Assembly (NCBI GenBank): GCA_002840635.1
Contig: PHBN01000001.1
Location: 1 to 44,454, forward strand
Direction: 5' to 3'
Length of the DNA stretch: 44,454 nt
Source of the DNA: Deltaproteobacteria bacterium HGW-Deltaproteobacteria-1
GTDB lineage: Bacteria; Desulfobacterota; Syntrophia; Syntrophales; Smithellaceae
A model generated the notes under the pieces. It was not told the origin of the DNA. It searched no databases and saw only the letters and a list, made by a program, of their open reading frames with translations. Positions 19,784 to 29,410 of the stretch are shown piece by piece. Position numbers and translations under genes: made by a program. Each line of letters starts with the position of its first letter. The stretch's first letter is position 1.

Positions 19784-19869
19784 CGTTAATGTTTCACCGT
19801 CTATGAAAGCCCCTCGGTGAAAATGCCTTACCCCGAAGCATCGTAAGAAAAGATGAGAAAAGTAATACA

Positions 19870-20286
19870 ATGAATCAGTCGGAAATAATTGAAGATAAAA
19901 AATATACAGGCGTTCGTAATCGCCGTGTTCACATGGCAAATGAAAGAACATTTCTTGCGTGGATAAGAACAAGCATCGGGCTAATGGCATTTGGTTTTGT
20001 TGTTGAAAAGTTTGCGCTGTTCATAAAACAAATGTCATTGATTTTGGGAAACGCTAATATTGCGAATGCTTTGCCTCCTCCTCATGGATATTCGGCAATC
20101 GTTGGAATATTCCTTGTCTGTCTTGGCACGTTGATTGGCCTGCTTGCATTTGTCAGGTACAGGAAAGTGGAGAGACAAATAGACGATGATACTTATCAAC
20201 CGTCATCGGTACTTGACCTGCTGCTCACCCTATCAGTCCTTGCAGTTGGAATCTTCCTTGTTGTGTATTTGATTCATAGTACTTAA
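19870..20286 (+). CDS. YidH/DUF202 membrane protein
   Basis: HMANERTFLAWIRTSIGLMAFGF. Confidence 0.92.
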   Translation: MNQSEIIEDKKYTGVRNRRVHMANERTFLAWIRTSIGLMAFGFVVEKFALFIKQMSLILGNANIANALPPPHGYSAIVGIFLVCLGTLIGLLAFVRYRKVERQIDDDTYQPSSVLDLLLTLSVLAVGIFLVVYLIHST

Positions 20287-20434
20287 TGCAGAGACAGTTC
20301 GCAATGGAAAAAAAGCAAAAACCCGAAGAACACCATGAATGAAGGATGAGCATGACCGCAAGCATTCTGCAACTTCAGAAATCTGCGGTATCGTAAAGGT
20401 TAAGTTACACGAAGCTTTGCGAAAGGAAAAAAAG

Positions 20435-20650
20435 ATGAAAAGATTGATGATTCCATTAGCGGTTTTGTTTGCTTTTAGCACTTCAGCATTGGCCCAGATG
20501 GGCAACAATCAAGGTAACAACATGATGGGTGGTGATTCGTGGGGTTCGAGGTGGGGAATGGGATACGGCTTCGGTTTCGGATGGATATTGTTGATTATTG
20601 TCGCTATTCTCGTTATTTTTGGCATCGTTTACATGATAAAACGAAAATAA
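20435..20650 (+). CDS. small exported Gly/Met-rich protein with C-terminal membrane anchor
   Basis: MKRLMIPLAVLFAFSTSALA signal, GNNMMGG..WGMGYGFGFGW, TM helix, basic tail. Confidence 0.72.
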   Translation: MKRLMIPLAVLFAFSTSALAQMGNNQGNNMMGGDSWGSRWGMGYGFGFGWILLIIVAILVIFGIVYMIKRK

Positions 20651-20676
20651 AAAATCAGTAAAGGGGAGGTTATTCA

Positions 20677-21189
20677 ATGAAAAAATCAATAGCGGCTTCA
20701 ATTTTGGCAGTCGTCGTGGGAGTAGTTCTTATTTCCTGGGATGCAGATACTCAAATGGGATATGGACCAGGCTATGGTAGAGGACAGGGTATGATGGGCG
20801 GCGGAACGGGGTGGGGAGCGGGATCCTTTCGTTCTAACGGAGAACGCATCTATTTCACCTCTACGAGCGAGCGCGGTACGGTAATCACTTACGCGGGCGG
20901 TCCGGCATCGAGTGGTTGGATGATGATGGGAGGACAACTGGCATGTGTTTCATGTCATGGTCCGGATGGGCGGGGTGGCAGACACTCCATGGGAATGATG
21001 CAGGTGATGGATGCCAAAGATATACGCTGGAAAGTTTTGCAGCCCGAATTCGATGCGGAAAAATTTCGACTGGCGGTTGTAAAAGGTCAGGACCCCGATG
21101 GCACCCAGTTAAAACCGGACATGCCGCGATGGAATATCGGCAAAGCTGATTTGGCCGACCTGATTGCTTTCCTCAAAACGCTGCCATGA
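20677..21189 (+). CDS. periplasmic monoheme cytochrome c with Gly/Met-rich segments
   Basis: ACVSCHGPDGRGG, distal MPRW; GGAGG RBS. Confidence 0.88.
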   Translation: MKKSIAASILAVVVGVVLISWDADTQMGYGPGYGRGQGMMGGGTGWGAGSFRSNGERIYFTSTSERGTVITYAGGPASSGWMMMGGQLACVSCHGPDGRGGRHSMGMMQVMDAKDIRWKVLQPEFDAEKFRLAVVKGQDPDGTQLKPDMPRWNIGKADLADLIAFLKTLP

Positions 21190-21334
21190 GTCTATAATTC
21201 GCGTTCGGCAAGCAACCGACATGCAGCGGGTAATTGTTTTAATGTTCATAGGGCTGGAATTATCCTAAGTGACTATTCTTGTGTTCCGGATCCTGCCGAT
21301 TAGCCGGGTCGAAAAAATCAAGGAGGCGTATCTC

Positions 21335-21730
21335 ATGAAAAGAATTCTCGGATGTGCTGCAATTGTATTATTTCTGGGAGCCACTCCTTTGTTGGCCCAG
21401 AGTATCGGGGACAATGAATATGAGAAAGGGAAAACACTTTACAAGAACAAATGCCAGTTCTGTCATGGGATGAGGGGCGACGGCAAAGGACCAGCGGCTC
21501 AATCCCTCCTGATGCACCCTGAAGATTTCACCACTCCCGAGTTTTGGCAGGATGATATTGAAAAAAAAATAACCGTGGAGCAGAAAATCGAAAATACTAT
21601 CAAAAAAGGCAAGGAGATGATGCCGGCATTTAACCTGGAATCCGATGAGATAAAGGCCATCATCTTGCATATGTCTAATACCTTCAAAAAAAAATCTCAA
21701 AGCAATAACTTAGGGAGGGATGAAAAATGA
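21335..21730 (+). CDS. periplasmic monoheme cytochrome c
   Basis: RBS AAGGAGG, signal peptide, CQFCHGMRGDGKGPAA, MMPAF; stop overlaps the next start (ATGA). Confidence 0.9.
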   Translation: MKRILGCAAIVLFLGATPLLAQSIGDNEYEKGKTLYKNKCQFCHGMRGDGKGPAAQSLLMHPEDFTTPEFWQDDIEKKITVEQKIENTIKKGKEMMPAFNLESDEIKAIILHMSNTFKKKSQSNNLGRDEK

Positions 21731-23148
21731 TTGGTGAAAAACCAAGAAAAGTATTCTTTCTTCTCATAATATTCTTTCTTCTCATAGTATTCGCGTTATT
21801 GCAGATTTTGCCGTTAAACACCGCCCAGGCAGTACCGAGTTTTCAGCGGCAAACAGGGATATCGTGTAATCAATGTCATACTGTATTCCCGGAATTGACG
21901 CCCTTCGGACGAATCTTCAAACTTGGCGGTTATGTCATGAGCAAGACAGGGAAGTCCTATGAATTTCCTCCGCCGGTTGCGGGCATGGTGCAGGCATCTT
22001 ATACAAACGCCAGGGGACTGACTTCCGGGGTTGCTCCTTTTGATTACAACAACCGGGAAACCGATGGACTCAATCTGCCGCAGCAGTTAAGCTTATTTTA
22101 CGGAGGTCGAATCTACGATAAGATAGGCGCCTTTATACAGGGCACCTACGATGGCGCCACCAACAAAATCTTCTTGGACATGACAGATATACGTTATGCA
22201 AACAACACCATGGTGTGGGGTAAAAATCTAATTTACGGGTTTACGCTCAATAATAGTCCAAGCGTACAAGATGTCTGGAACACCACTCCTGCTTGGAGGT
22301 TTCCTTTTGCTTCTTCCAGCGTTGCCCCAACGCCTGCCGCAGGGGCGATCATCGATGGGGCTTTAGACCAGCAAGTAGGCGGTATCGGTGCCTATGCCTT
22401 TTGGAACAATTTGATTTATCTGGGAGTGGCTGTTTACCGCTCGGCCGACGAAGGTATTGCCTTGCCATTGAGCGCGGGCACCTTTACAGAACAGATCGTG
22501 GACGGTACAGCCCCATACTGGCGTCTGGCATTGGAACACCGGTGGAAAAATCACTTCTTTACCATAGGCACTTACGGGATGCAGACAGATATCTTTCCCT
22601 CAGGGAACAGCAGTGGGCCGTCAGATCGCTTTACAGATATCGCCTTTGACGCACAATATCAATACATGGGGACGATTGAACCGGAAGACATACCGGGTGT
22701 GGACGACGCACATAAGGCTAAAGCGGGAAAGTATATGATAACGGCGCACGCCACCTGGATTCGCGAGAACCAGGACTGGAAGGCAAGCTTTCCCCTTGGG
22801 AATACGGCAAACCGCTCTGACTTACTGACAACATTCAGAATGAATCTGAATTATTACTATCGGAGCCCGCTTGGCGATATTGGTGGATCAACGAGTTATT
22901 TTTCTACGACCGGCGAAGCAGATTCGCTGCTTTATGCTTCTAATCCAGTTGACGGAAGCAGAACGGGCATTCCTGACAACGATGGTTTTATTCTTGAGGC
23001 GAGTTATCTTCCGTGGGAAAAGACCAAGATTTCCATTCAGTATACAATTTATAACAAGTTCAACGGCGCTTCTTCGAACTATGATGGATTCGGCCGGAAT
23101 GCTTCCGATAACAACACGCTCTATGTTGTCATCTGGCAAATGTTTTAA
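21727..23148 (+). CDS. cyc2: Cyc2-like outer-membrane cytochrome c-porin fusion
   Basis: After the AQA cleavage site: VPSFQRQTGISCNQCHTVFPELTPFGRIFKLGGY; aromatic-rich beta-strand body; terminal Phe. Confidence 0.8.
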   Translation: MIGEKPRKVFFLLIIFFLLIVFALLQILPLNTAQAVPSFQRQTGISCNQCHTVFPELTPFGRIFKLGGYVMSKTGKSYEFPPPVAGMVQASYTNARGLTSGVAPFDYNNRETDGLNLPQQLSLFYGGRIYDKIGAFIQGTYDGATNKIFLDMTDIRYANNTMVWGKNLIYGFTLNNSPSVQDVWNTTPAWRFPFASSSVAPTPAAGAIIDGALDQQVGGIGAYAFWNNLIYLGVAVYRSADEGIALPLSAGTFTEQIVDGTAPYWRLALEHRWKNHFFTIGTYGMQTDIFPSGNSSGPSDRFTDIAFDAQYQYMGTIEPEDIPGVDDAHKAKAGKYMITAHATWIRENQDWKASFPLGNTANRSDLLTTFRMNLNYYYRSPLGDIGGSTSYFSTTGEADSLLYASNPVDGSRTGIPDNDGFILEASYLPWEKTKISIQYTIYNKFNGASSNYDGFGRNASDNNTLYVVIWQMF

Positions 23149-23174
23149 TTACTGCCTTTCATGAAATGTTGATT

Positions 23175-23190
23175 TGGCATGGTTATTGAC
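23175..23190 (+). promoter_or_regulatory. possible sigma-54-like promoter upstream of copB
   Basis: TGGCATGGTTATTGAC: good -24 element, but -12 reads GA rather than GC. Confidence 0.3.
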
Positions 23191-23238
23191 AACGTATCAA
23201 GAAAAATTCAGTTTTGGTACTTGCGCGAGGAAAAAATA

Positions 23239-25362
23239 ATGGAACATCATCACCATTTAGAACACCCGCCAGAAGCAATGAATCACACGATGCACGAAGG
23301 GCACGACATGAAAGGGTCTAAAGGTGGCAACCACACCGATCACCATGCCCACATGGCGGCGGACTTCCGGAAACGGTTTTGGATTTCGCTTATTTTGACT
23401 CTGCCGATTCTCATCCTCTCGCCGATGCTTCAAATGCTGGTGGGCCTGAGGGAAACCATTCATTTCCCCGGCGACATCTATGTCTTATTCGTTTTTTCTT
23501 CCGCGGTATTCTGGTATGGCGGCTGGCCGTTTCTGAAAGGCCTGTTCGAGGAGCTCAAATCCCGTCAGCCCGGGATGATGACGCTGGTTGCCGTCGCCAT
23601 TACCACGGCCTATGTTTACAGCAGCGCCGTCGTGTTCGGCCTGGCCGGCAAAATCTTCTTCTGGGAATTGGCCACGCTTGTAGACATCATGCTGCTGGGG
23701 CACTGGATCGAGATGAGGTCGGTGATGGGCGCTTCTAAAGCCCTGGAAGAACTGGCCAAACTCATGCCCTCCGACGCCCACAAACTCATGCCCGACGGCA
23801 GCGTAAAGGATGTGCCGCTCGGTGAACTGGCGGTGGATGATAAAGTCCTGATCAAACCGGGTGAGAAAATTCCCGCAGACGGTGTCATTGTGGAAGGCGA
23901 GAGCTCGGTTAATGAAGCGATGCTCACCGGGGAATCAACCCCTGTTGCTAAAAAAACCGGTGGCAAGGTCATCGGCGGCGCAATTAACGGTGAAGGTTCA
24001 CTGACAATCGAGGTCAAAGGCACCGGGAAGGATTCGTTTCTGGCGCAGGTCATCGACCTTGTCAAACAGGCCCAGGAAAGCAAATCGAAAACCCAAAAAT
24101 TTGCCGACACCGCCGCGATGTGGCTCACCATCGTGGCGCTCAGTTGCGGTGCCGTCACCTTCCTGATCTGGTTGGTTGCCATGAGCAAGGAATTTTCCTT
24201 TGCCATCGAGCGAGCCGTGACCGTAATGGTCATCACCTGTCCGCATGCGCTGGGTCTTGCTATACCCTTGGTTGTGGCCGTTTCCACAGCCCTGGCCGCG
24301 AAAAACGGCCTGCTCATTCGTAATCGCGTTTCTTTCGAAGGCGCGCGAAAACTGCAAGCCATCATTTTCGACAAGACCGGCACGCTCACTGAAGGCCGTT
24401 TTGGCGTGAGCGACACACTCGTACTATCGCAGGACATCGACGAAGAAACGCTGCGCCAATACGCGGCCTCTGTAGATGCAAATTCCGAACATCCCATCGC
24501 CACGGCCATCGCCGCTTCTTCGGAAAAGAAGCTGCCCGTTGAAAACTTTAAAAGCATCCCGGGCAAAGGCGCCGAAGGCACAGTCGAGAGTAGAGAAATT
24601 AAGGTGGTCAGCCCCGGCTACCTCAGCGAACAGAAAATACATCTTGCCGACCCGCGCATCGAACCACTGCAAGCACAAGGCAAAACGGTTGTGTTTGTCC
24701 TCGTGGACGGGAAGTTGAAAGGAGCCATTGCCTTGGCCGATATCGTCCGGCCCGAGGCGAAGCAAGCCATCGATGCTCTTAAGGCGTTGAATATTCGCTG
24801 CATGATGCTCACCGGCGATAACAAGGCGACAGCCAAATGGGTATCAGATCAGGTCGGATTGGACGAATACTTCGCCGAAGTCCTGCCCGGGGATAAAGCC
24901 GCCAAAGTGAAAGAGGTCCAATCCAGGGGTATCCTGGTGGCCATGACCGGAGACGGTGTGAACGATGCCCCGGCGCTGGCGCAGGCTGATGTGGGCATCG
25001 CCATCGGAGCGGGTTCCGATGTAGCGGTGGAAACCGCTGACGTGATTCTGGTGCGGAGTAATCCGCTGGATGTTGTGGCCATCGTGCAGCTGTCACGCGC
25101 CACTTACCGCAAGATGATTCAAAATCTTTTCTGGGCCACAGGCTACAATGCCTTCGCCATTCCACTGGCCGCCGGAGCGCTTTATGCTTGGGGCGTACTA
25201 CTTAGTCCCGCCATGGGCGCGGTATTGATGTCCGCAAGCACGGTGATTGTGGCCATCAATGCACGACTGCTGAAACTGAAGACAGAGCCAAACCTAAAGA
25301 CAAAGCACAATGACGATCGGCAAAGAAAGATTAAGTTAGATGAATATGCCAAACCGGCTTGA
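23239..25362 (+). CDS. copB: copper-exporting P1B-3 type ATPase
   Basis: His-rich N-terminus, TGES, CPH, DKTGT, SEHP, GDGVNDAP, YN and MSAST. Confidence 0.93.
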   Translation: MEHHHHLEHPPEAMNHTMHEGHDMKGSKGGNHTDHHAHMAADFRKRFWISLILTLPILILSPMLQMLVGLRETIHFPGDIYVLFVFSSAVFWYGGWPFLKGLFEELKSRQPGMMTLVAVAITTAYVYSSAVVFGLAGKIFFWELATLVDIMLLGHWIEMRSVMGASKALEELAKLMPSDAHKLMPDGSVKDVPLGELAVDDKVLIKPGEKIPADGVIVEGESSVNEAMLTGESTPVAKKTGGKVIGGAINGEGSLTIEVKGTGKDSFLAQVIDLVKQAQESKSKTQKFADTAAMWLTIVALSCGAVTFLIWLVAMSKEFSFAIERAVTVMVITCPHALGLAIPLVVAVSTALAAKNGLLIRNRVSFEGARKLQAIIFDKTGTLTEGRFGVSDTLVLSQDIDEETLRQYAASVDANSEHPIATAIAASSEKKLPVENFKSIPGKGAEGTVESREIKVVSPGYLSEQKIHLADPRIEPLQAQGKTVVFVLVDGKLKGAIALADIVRPEAKQAIDALKALNIRCMMLTGDNKATAKWVSDQVGLDEYFAEVLPGDKAAKVKEVQSRGILVAMTGDGVNDAPALAQADVGIAIGAGSDVAVETADVILVRSNPLDVVAIVQLSRATYRKMIQNLFWATGYNAFAIPLAAGALYAWGVLLSPAMGAVLMSASTVIVAINARLLKLKTEPNLKTKHNDDRQRKIKLDEYAKPA

Positions 25363-26237
25363 ACAAAGGACTCGCAGGGTCTGGGAGCTACTTAGGCTCA
25401 CCGTCAAAAAGATTTTGCTAATTGACGTGGCACATTGGGCGGGAGCATTCGCCTTTAATGCGTTCTTCTCGCTGTTTCCTTTGATCGTCCCCTTCGTTAC
25501 TATTGCCTCTGTTTATATTGACCGGGAACAGGCCGGGATGAGGTCATTGCTTACATGGAAAGATTTGTTCCAATTAGTGGTGAAATGCAGAGTTACATTT
25601 TCGACACCATCGCCGGTGTGATCAAAGTGCGCAGGCAGGCGGGTGCGGTCTCGCTTCTCATCCTGGTATGGGTCGTGCTCCAGGCCTTCACCACGCTCAT
25701 CAGCGCGACCAACCGCACCTGGGGCGTTCGAGCGCACAATTGGTGGCGGGCGCTGTCCTCCTGGGCATGGTGGCGCCGGTGATGATGAAAATGGCAAAGG
25801 GTTGGCTCTTTCAAGTAAATGATCTCCGTTCCTGGATCGGTGCCCCGGGGAGCTTTGTCGTCCCCTTACTGGTCGCGTTCCTTAGTCTGAGCCTGTTTTA
25901 CAAACTGGCACCGCGCAGGCCCACGCGGTTTGCCGAAGTGTGGGCCACAGCTCTGTGTGTTACGGTTGTTTTACATGTAGCCGATACTCTATTCGTGATC
26001 TACCTTAAGAACTTCGCCATGTTAAACGCGATCTATGGAACGTTCGGCGGGATCATGGCAATGCTGCTGTGGATTTACTTTTCCGGGTGCATTTTCATCT
26101 TCGGCGCCTGCCTTTGCGCCGCTCAGGCCGAAGGGCATTTTGCGCCGGAGAAACGATTAGGGCGCACTGAAAAATGGAGGATTGAAACATGCACAAACCC
26201 GTTGATCAAGAAAAGGTCATCGACAATCACGGCATGA
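25340..26237 (+). pseudogene. YihY/BrkB family membrane protein, frameshifted
   Basis: Segments in three successive ORFs: AFNAFFSLFPL / LISATNRTW / LFYKLAP...IYGTFGGIMAMLLWIYFS. Confidence 0.82.
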
Positions 26238-26275
26238 CTTGCCTGAAATCCGGAACTGGAAATGGAGTCTGACAA

Positions 26276-27607
26276 ATGAATAAATTCAAGCAACTCTGGA
26301 GCAGACTACGGTCTAGCTTTTGGTTTACCCCTTCGCTGATTGTTTTGCTCAGCGCTGCCTTTGCGGTAGCGATGATCGAAGCGGACTCCGCCGGAAGCGA
26401 CCAATGGTTGGCCAAGTGGCCGCGCCTGTTTGGGGCCGGTGCGGAAGGCGCGCGCGGAATGATGTCCACAATTGCCGGTTCGATGATGACCGTGGTGGGC
26501 GTCACGTTCTCCATGATCCTGGTCGTGCTGGCGCTGGCTTCGAGCCAATACACCTCACGCATTCTGAGGAATTTCATGCGCAGCCGCGTCACGCAGGTCG
26601 TGCTCGGAATCTTCGCCGGCATTTTTACGTACTGCCTGATCATATTGCGCACCATTCGCGGCGGCGACGAGAGCGCATTTGTTCCAAACCTGGCGGTGTT
26701 CTTCGGCTTCGTGCTGGCGCTCGGAGGTGTCGGCGCCCTCATGTTCTTCATTCATCACATCGCCTCTTCGATTCAGGCTTCCAGCATTATCTCCTCGGTT
26801 GCTGAAGAAACCATTGCCGTCATTGACCGGCTGTTTCCTGAAAAACTTGGCCAGGAACCGGGTGAAGACGATGATGACCAGACGCTAAACCCTATATCCG
26901 GGCGGAATTGGCGTGCCGTCCCGGCCCCGCAAAGCGGTTATGTCCAGAGCGTGAATAACGCAGCGCTCCTACGCTTAGCGCAGGACAGGAAAACCATCGT
27001 ATTGATGGAGCATGGCATCGGTGATTTCGTTGTCCGGAACACCCCACTGGCCTCACTCGCTCTTGAAGATCCGCCGGATCAAGAAACGATTGCCTTCCTG
27101 CAGGATACTTTTAGCATCAGCAGCTACCGCACTGTGGAACAGGACGCTGCCTTCGGCATCAGGCAGATCGTGGATGTGGCATTGAAAGCCCTCTCCCCCG
27201 GCGTCAACGATACCACGACAGCCGTAATGTGTGTGGATTATCTGACAGCGATTATGGCACAGCTGGCCCCCCGGCAAATCCCTTCAGCGCACCGCTATGA
27301 AGAAGGGAAACTGCGAGTGATCGCCAAAGGCCCGAGCTTTGAAAGCTTGTTGGCCGAATCATTCAATCAAATTCGAAGCAGCGCCATTGGCAATGTCGCC
27401 ATCATATTGCAGATGCTGGGCGCGCTTCAAACCATCGCCAGTATGACAGACAGCCCAAGCCGTCGTCGGGCGCTTCGTGAACAATTGCAATGGATCGCCG
27501 AACTGGCTGAGCGCACCCTCGTGTCTCCATTCGACCGGGCAAGGGTTGAGGGCCAACTGGAGCTAGTGCGTAAAGCACTCGAAGATGAAAGAGAGTTTTT
27601 AACGTAA
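26276..27607 (+). CDS. DUF2254 family membrane protein
   Basis: SFWFTP, LASSQYTSRILRNF, QDAAFGIRQIVDVALKALSPGVNDTTTA. Confidence 0.9.
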   Translation: MNKFKQLWSRLRSSFWFTPSLIVLLSAAFAVAMIEADSAGSDQWLAKWPRLFGAGAEGARGMMSTIAGSMMTVVGVTFSMILVVLALASSQYTSRILRNFMRSRVTQVVLGIFAGIFTYCLIILRTIRGGDESAFVPNLAVFFGFVLALGGVGALMFFIHHIASSIQASSIISSVAEETIAVIDRLFPEKLGQEPGEDDDDQTLNPISGRNWRAVPAPQSGYVQSVNNAALLRLAQDRKTIVLMEHGIGDFVVRNTPLASLALEDPPDQETIAFLQDTFSISSYRTVEQDAAFGIRQIVDVALKALSPGVNDTTTAVMCVDYLTAIMAQLAPRQIPSAHRYEEGKLRVIAKGPSFESLLAESFNQIRSSAIGNVAIILQMLGALQTIASMTDSPSRRRALREQLQWIAELAERTLVSPFDRARVEGQLELVRKALEDEREFLT

Positions 27608-27656
27608 GCCGTTGTCAAACAATAACTGTAACATTGTAACATCGTGATCGGCATAA

Positions 27657-27707
27657 GGGGCCGTAACGAAATGGCTAGAAATGTAACAGTTATTTCTTAA
27701 CGGCCCC
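27657..27707. mobile_element. 51-bp MITE or internally deleted IS with TAA target duplication
   Basis: TAA|GGGGCCGTAACGAAAT...ATTTCTTAACGGCCCC|TAA; 14/16 terminal inverted repeat. Confidence 0.6.
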
Positions 27708-27760
27708 TAACTGAATCGCGAAACAGGAAGAACGAAAATGAATGGAGATAACATCTGGTA

Positions 27761-29377
27761 ATGGAGACGGAAACCATCTTAATTTTGCTGTTTGTCGTGG
27801 CCACAACCGTGGCGATTGCCGTGCAACGTCTGGCCATTCCTTACACAGTCGCTCTGGTCGTCACCGGACTCCTGCTGGGGATGCTGAATATCTTTGAAGC
27901 GCCCCACCTGACCAAGGCGCTGCTGTTCGGTGTCTTTCTGCCGGGGCTGCTCTTTGAGGCCGCATTTCATATCGAGTTTAAACAATTCTGGCGAAACCGC
28001 CTCATCATTTCTTCGCTGGCCCTGCCGGGCGTTGTGGCGGCCATCGTGCTGACTGCCGTAATTTTAACCCCGGTCGCCGACGCGCTGCATTTCGTGCAGG
28101 GTTTTACCTGGAAACATGCTCTTGTGTTTGGCGCACTCATCGCCGCGACTGATCCCATAGCCGTCGTCGCCATCTTTAAGAATCTGGGCGTCCCAAAGCG
28201 GCTGTCCGTATTGCTCGATGGCGAGAGCCTGCTCAATGACGGCACCGCCATCGTTTTCTTCACGCTCAGCTTGGCGCTCGTAACAGGGACAGCGGCAACG
28301 GCCGGCGGGTTGGCTTTTGATTTTATCAGAATCGTCGGCATCGGTGCATTGATTGGAACGGGTGTCGGACTGGCCGTTTCGCAGGTCATCAGACAGGTGG
28401 ATGACCCGATGATCGAGATCACACTGACGACGATTGCAGCGTATGGTTCCTTCCTGGCTGCTGAACATTTTCATTACTCCGGCGTGATTGCCACCGTGGC
28501 GGCGGGTATGCTCTGCGGAAACTATGGCGCCCGTGTCGGCATGTCGCCATCAACCCGGATCGCCGTGGAGACGTTTTGGAAATACATCGCTTTTGCTCTC
28601 AACTCCATCATTTTCCTGCTGATTGGTCTCGAAGTACACTTCCAGGCATTGCTGGCCTCCTGGAAGGCGATCCTGGTTGCCTATCTCGTGGTGACGGGCG
28701 GCAGGGCGCTGGTCATCTTCGGCGTATCTTCGCTGCTCGGCCGGACGCGTGAAAGAATTCCCTGGGCGTGGAGCGTGATCCTGACGTGGGGCGGGTTGCG
28801 CGGCGGGCTGCCCATGGTACTGGTCCTCAGCCTCCCAAAGGATTTTCCGCATCGGGAATTGCTGGTCTCGATGACCTTCGGGGTGGTCATTCTTTCAATA
28901 CTTGTCCATGGGTTGACGATGTCTCCCCTGTTGAGATGGCTGGGCATTGTGCGCGGACACGAGGAACTCGCCGCATATGAGTTGACGCGCGGGGGGTTAC
29001 AGGCAACCCATGCCGCACTGAGCGAGATTGACCAAATGTCACACGTCCACTTCACCCAGCCGGACGTACTCTCTGATCTGCGCCGCGAATATGAACAGAA
29101 GGTCGAGCGCGATAGTGCTGCGCTCGATGAGTTGCATATCGATAACCAACAACTTCATGCCGAGGAATTACAACGCACTCGACGACACCTGTTGTTGGTG
29201 GAAAAAAACACGGTAATCGATGCCTTTCACCGTGGACTTCTCAGTCAGGCTGTCCAGGAGCAGTTACTCGCGGATATCGATATCCGGTTGCTGCGTCTCG
29301 AAACAGCAAAAACCGATTCGTCCGCCGAAGAAGAACCGTCCTTCGGACATACCGATGAGCATGCCCCTGTGGGATAG
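27761..29377 (+). CDS. CPA1 family Na+/H+ antiporter (NhaP-like)
   Basis: FLPGLLFEAA, AATDPIAV, GESLLNDG, WGGLRG. Confidence 0.94.
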   Translation: METETILILLFVVATTVAIAVQRLAIPYTVALVVTGLLLGMLNIFEAPHLTKALLFGVFLPGLLFEAAFHIEFKQFWRNRLIISSLALPGVVAAIVLTAVILTPVADALHFVQGFTWKHALVFGALIAATDPIAVVAIFKNLGVPKRLSVLLDGESLLNDGTAIVFFTLSLALVTGTAATAGGLAFDFIRIVGIGALIGTGVGLAVSQVIRQVDDPMIEITLTTIAAYGSFLAAEHFHYSGVIATVAAGMLCGNYGARVGMSPSTRIAVETFWKYIAFALNSIIFLLIGLEVHFQALLASWKAILVAYLVVTGGRALVIFGVSSLLGRTRERIPWAWSVILTWGGLRGGLPMVLVLSLPKDFPHRELLVSMTFGVVILSILVHGLTMSPLLRWLGIVRGHEELAAYELTRGGLQATHAALSEIDQMSHVHFTQPDVLSDLRREYEQKVERDSAALDELHIDNQQLHAEELQRTRRHLLLVEKNTVIDAFHRGLLSQAVQEQLLADIDIRLLRLETAKTDSSAEEEPSFGHTDEHAPVG

Positions 29378-29410
29378 TCGGGCGGTAAATCAAAGACAGG
29401 AGGAATACCT

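Noticed and set aside
23616-24581. Long antisense ORFs (321 aa here; also 13767..14621, 15081..15818, 43487..44062)
   Set aside because: These are shadows of well-supported genes on the opposite strand, with no motifs of their own.
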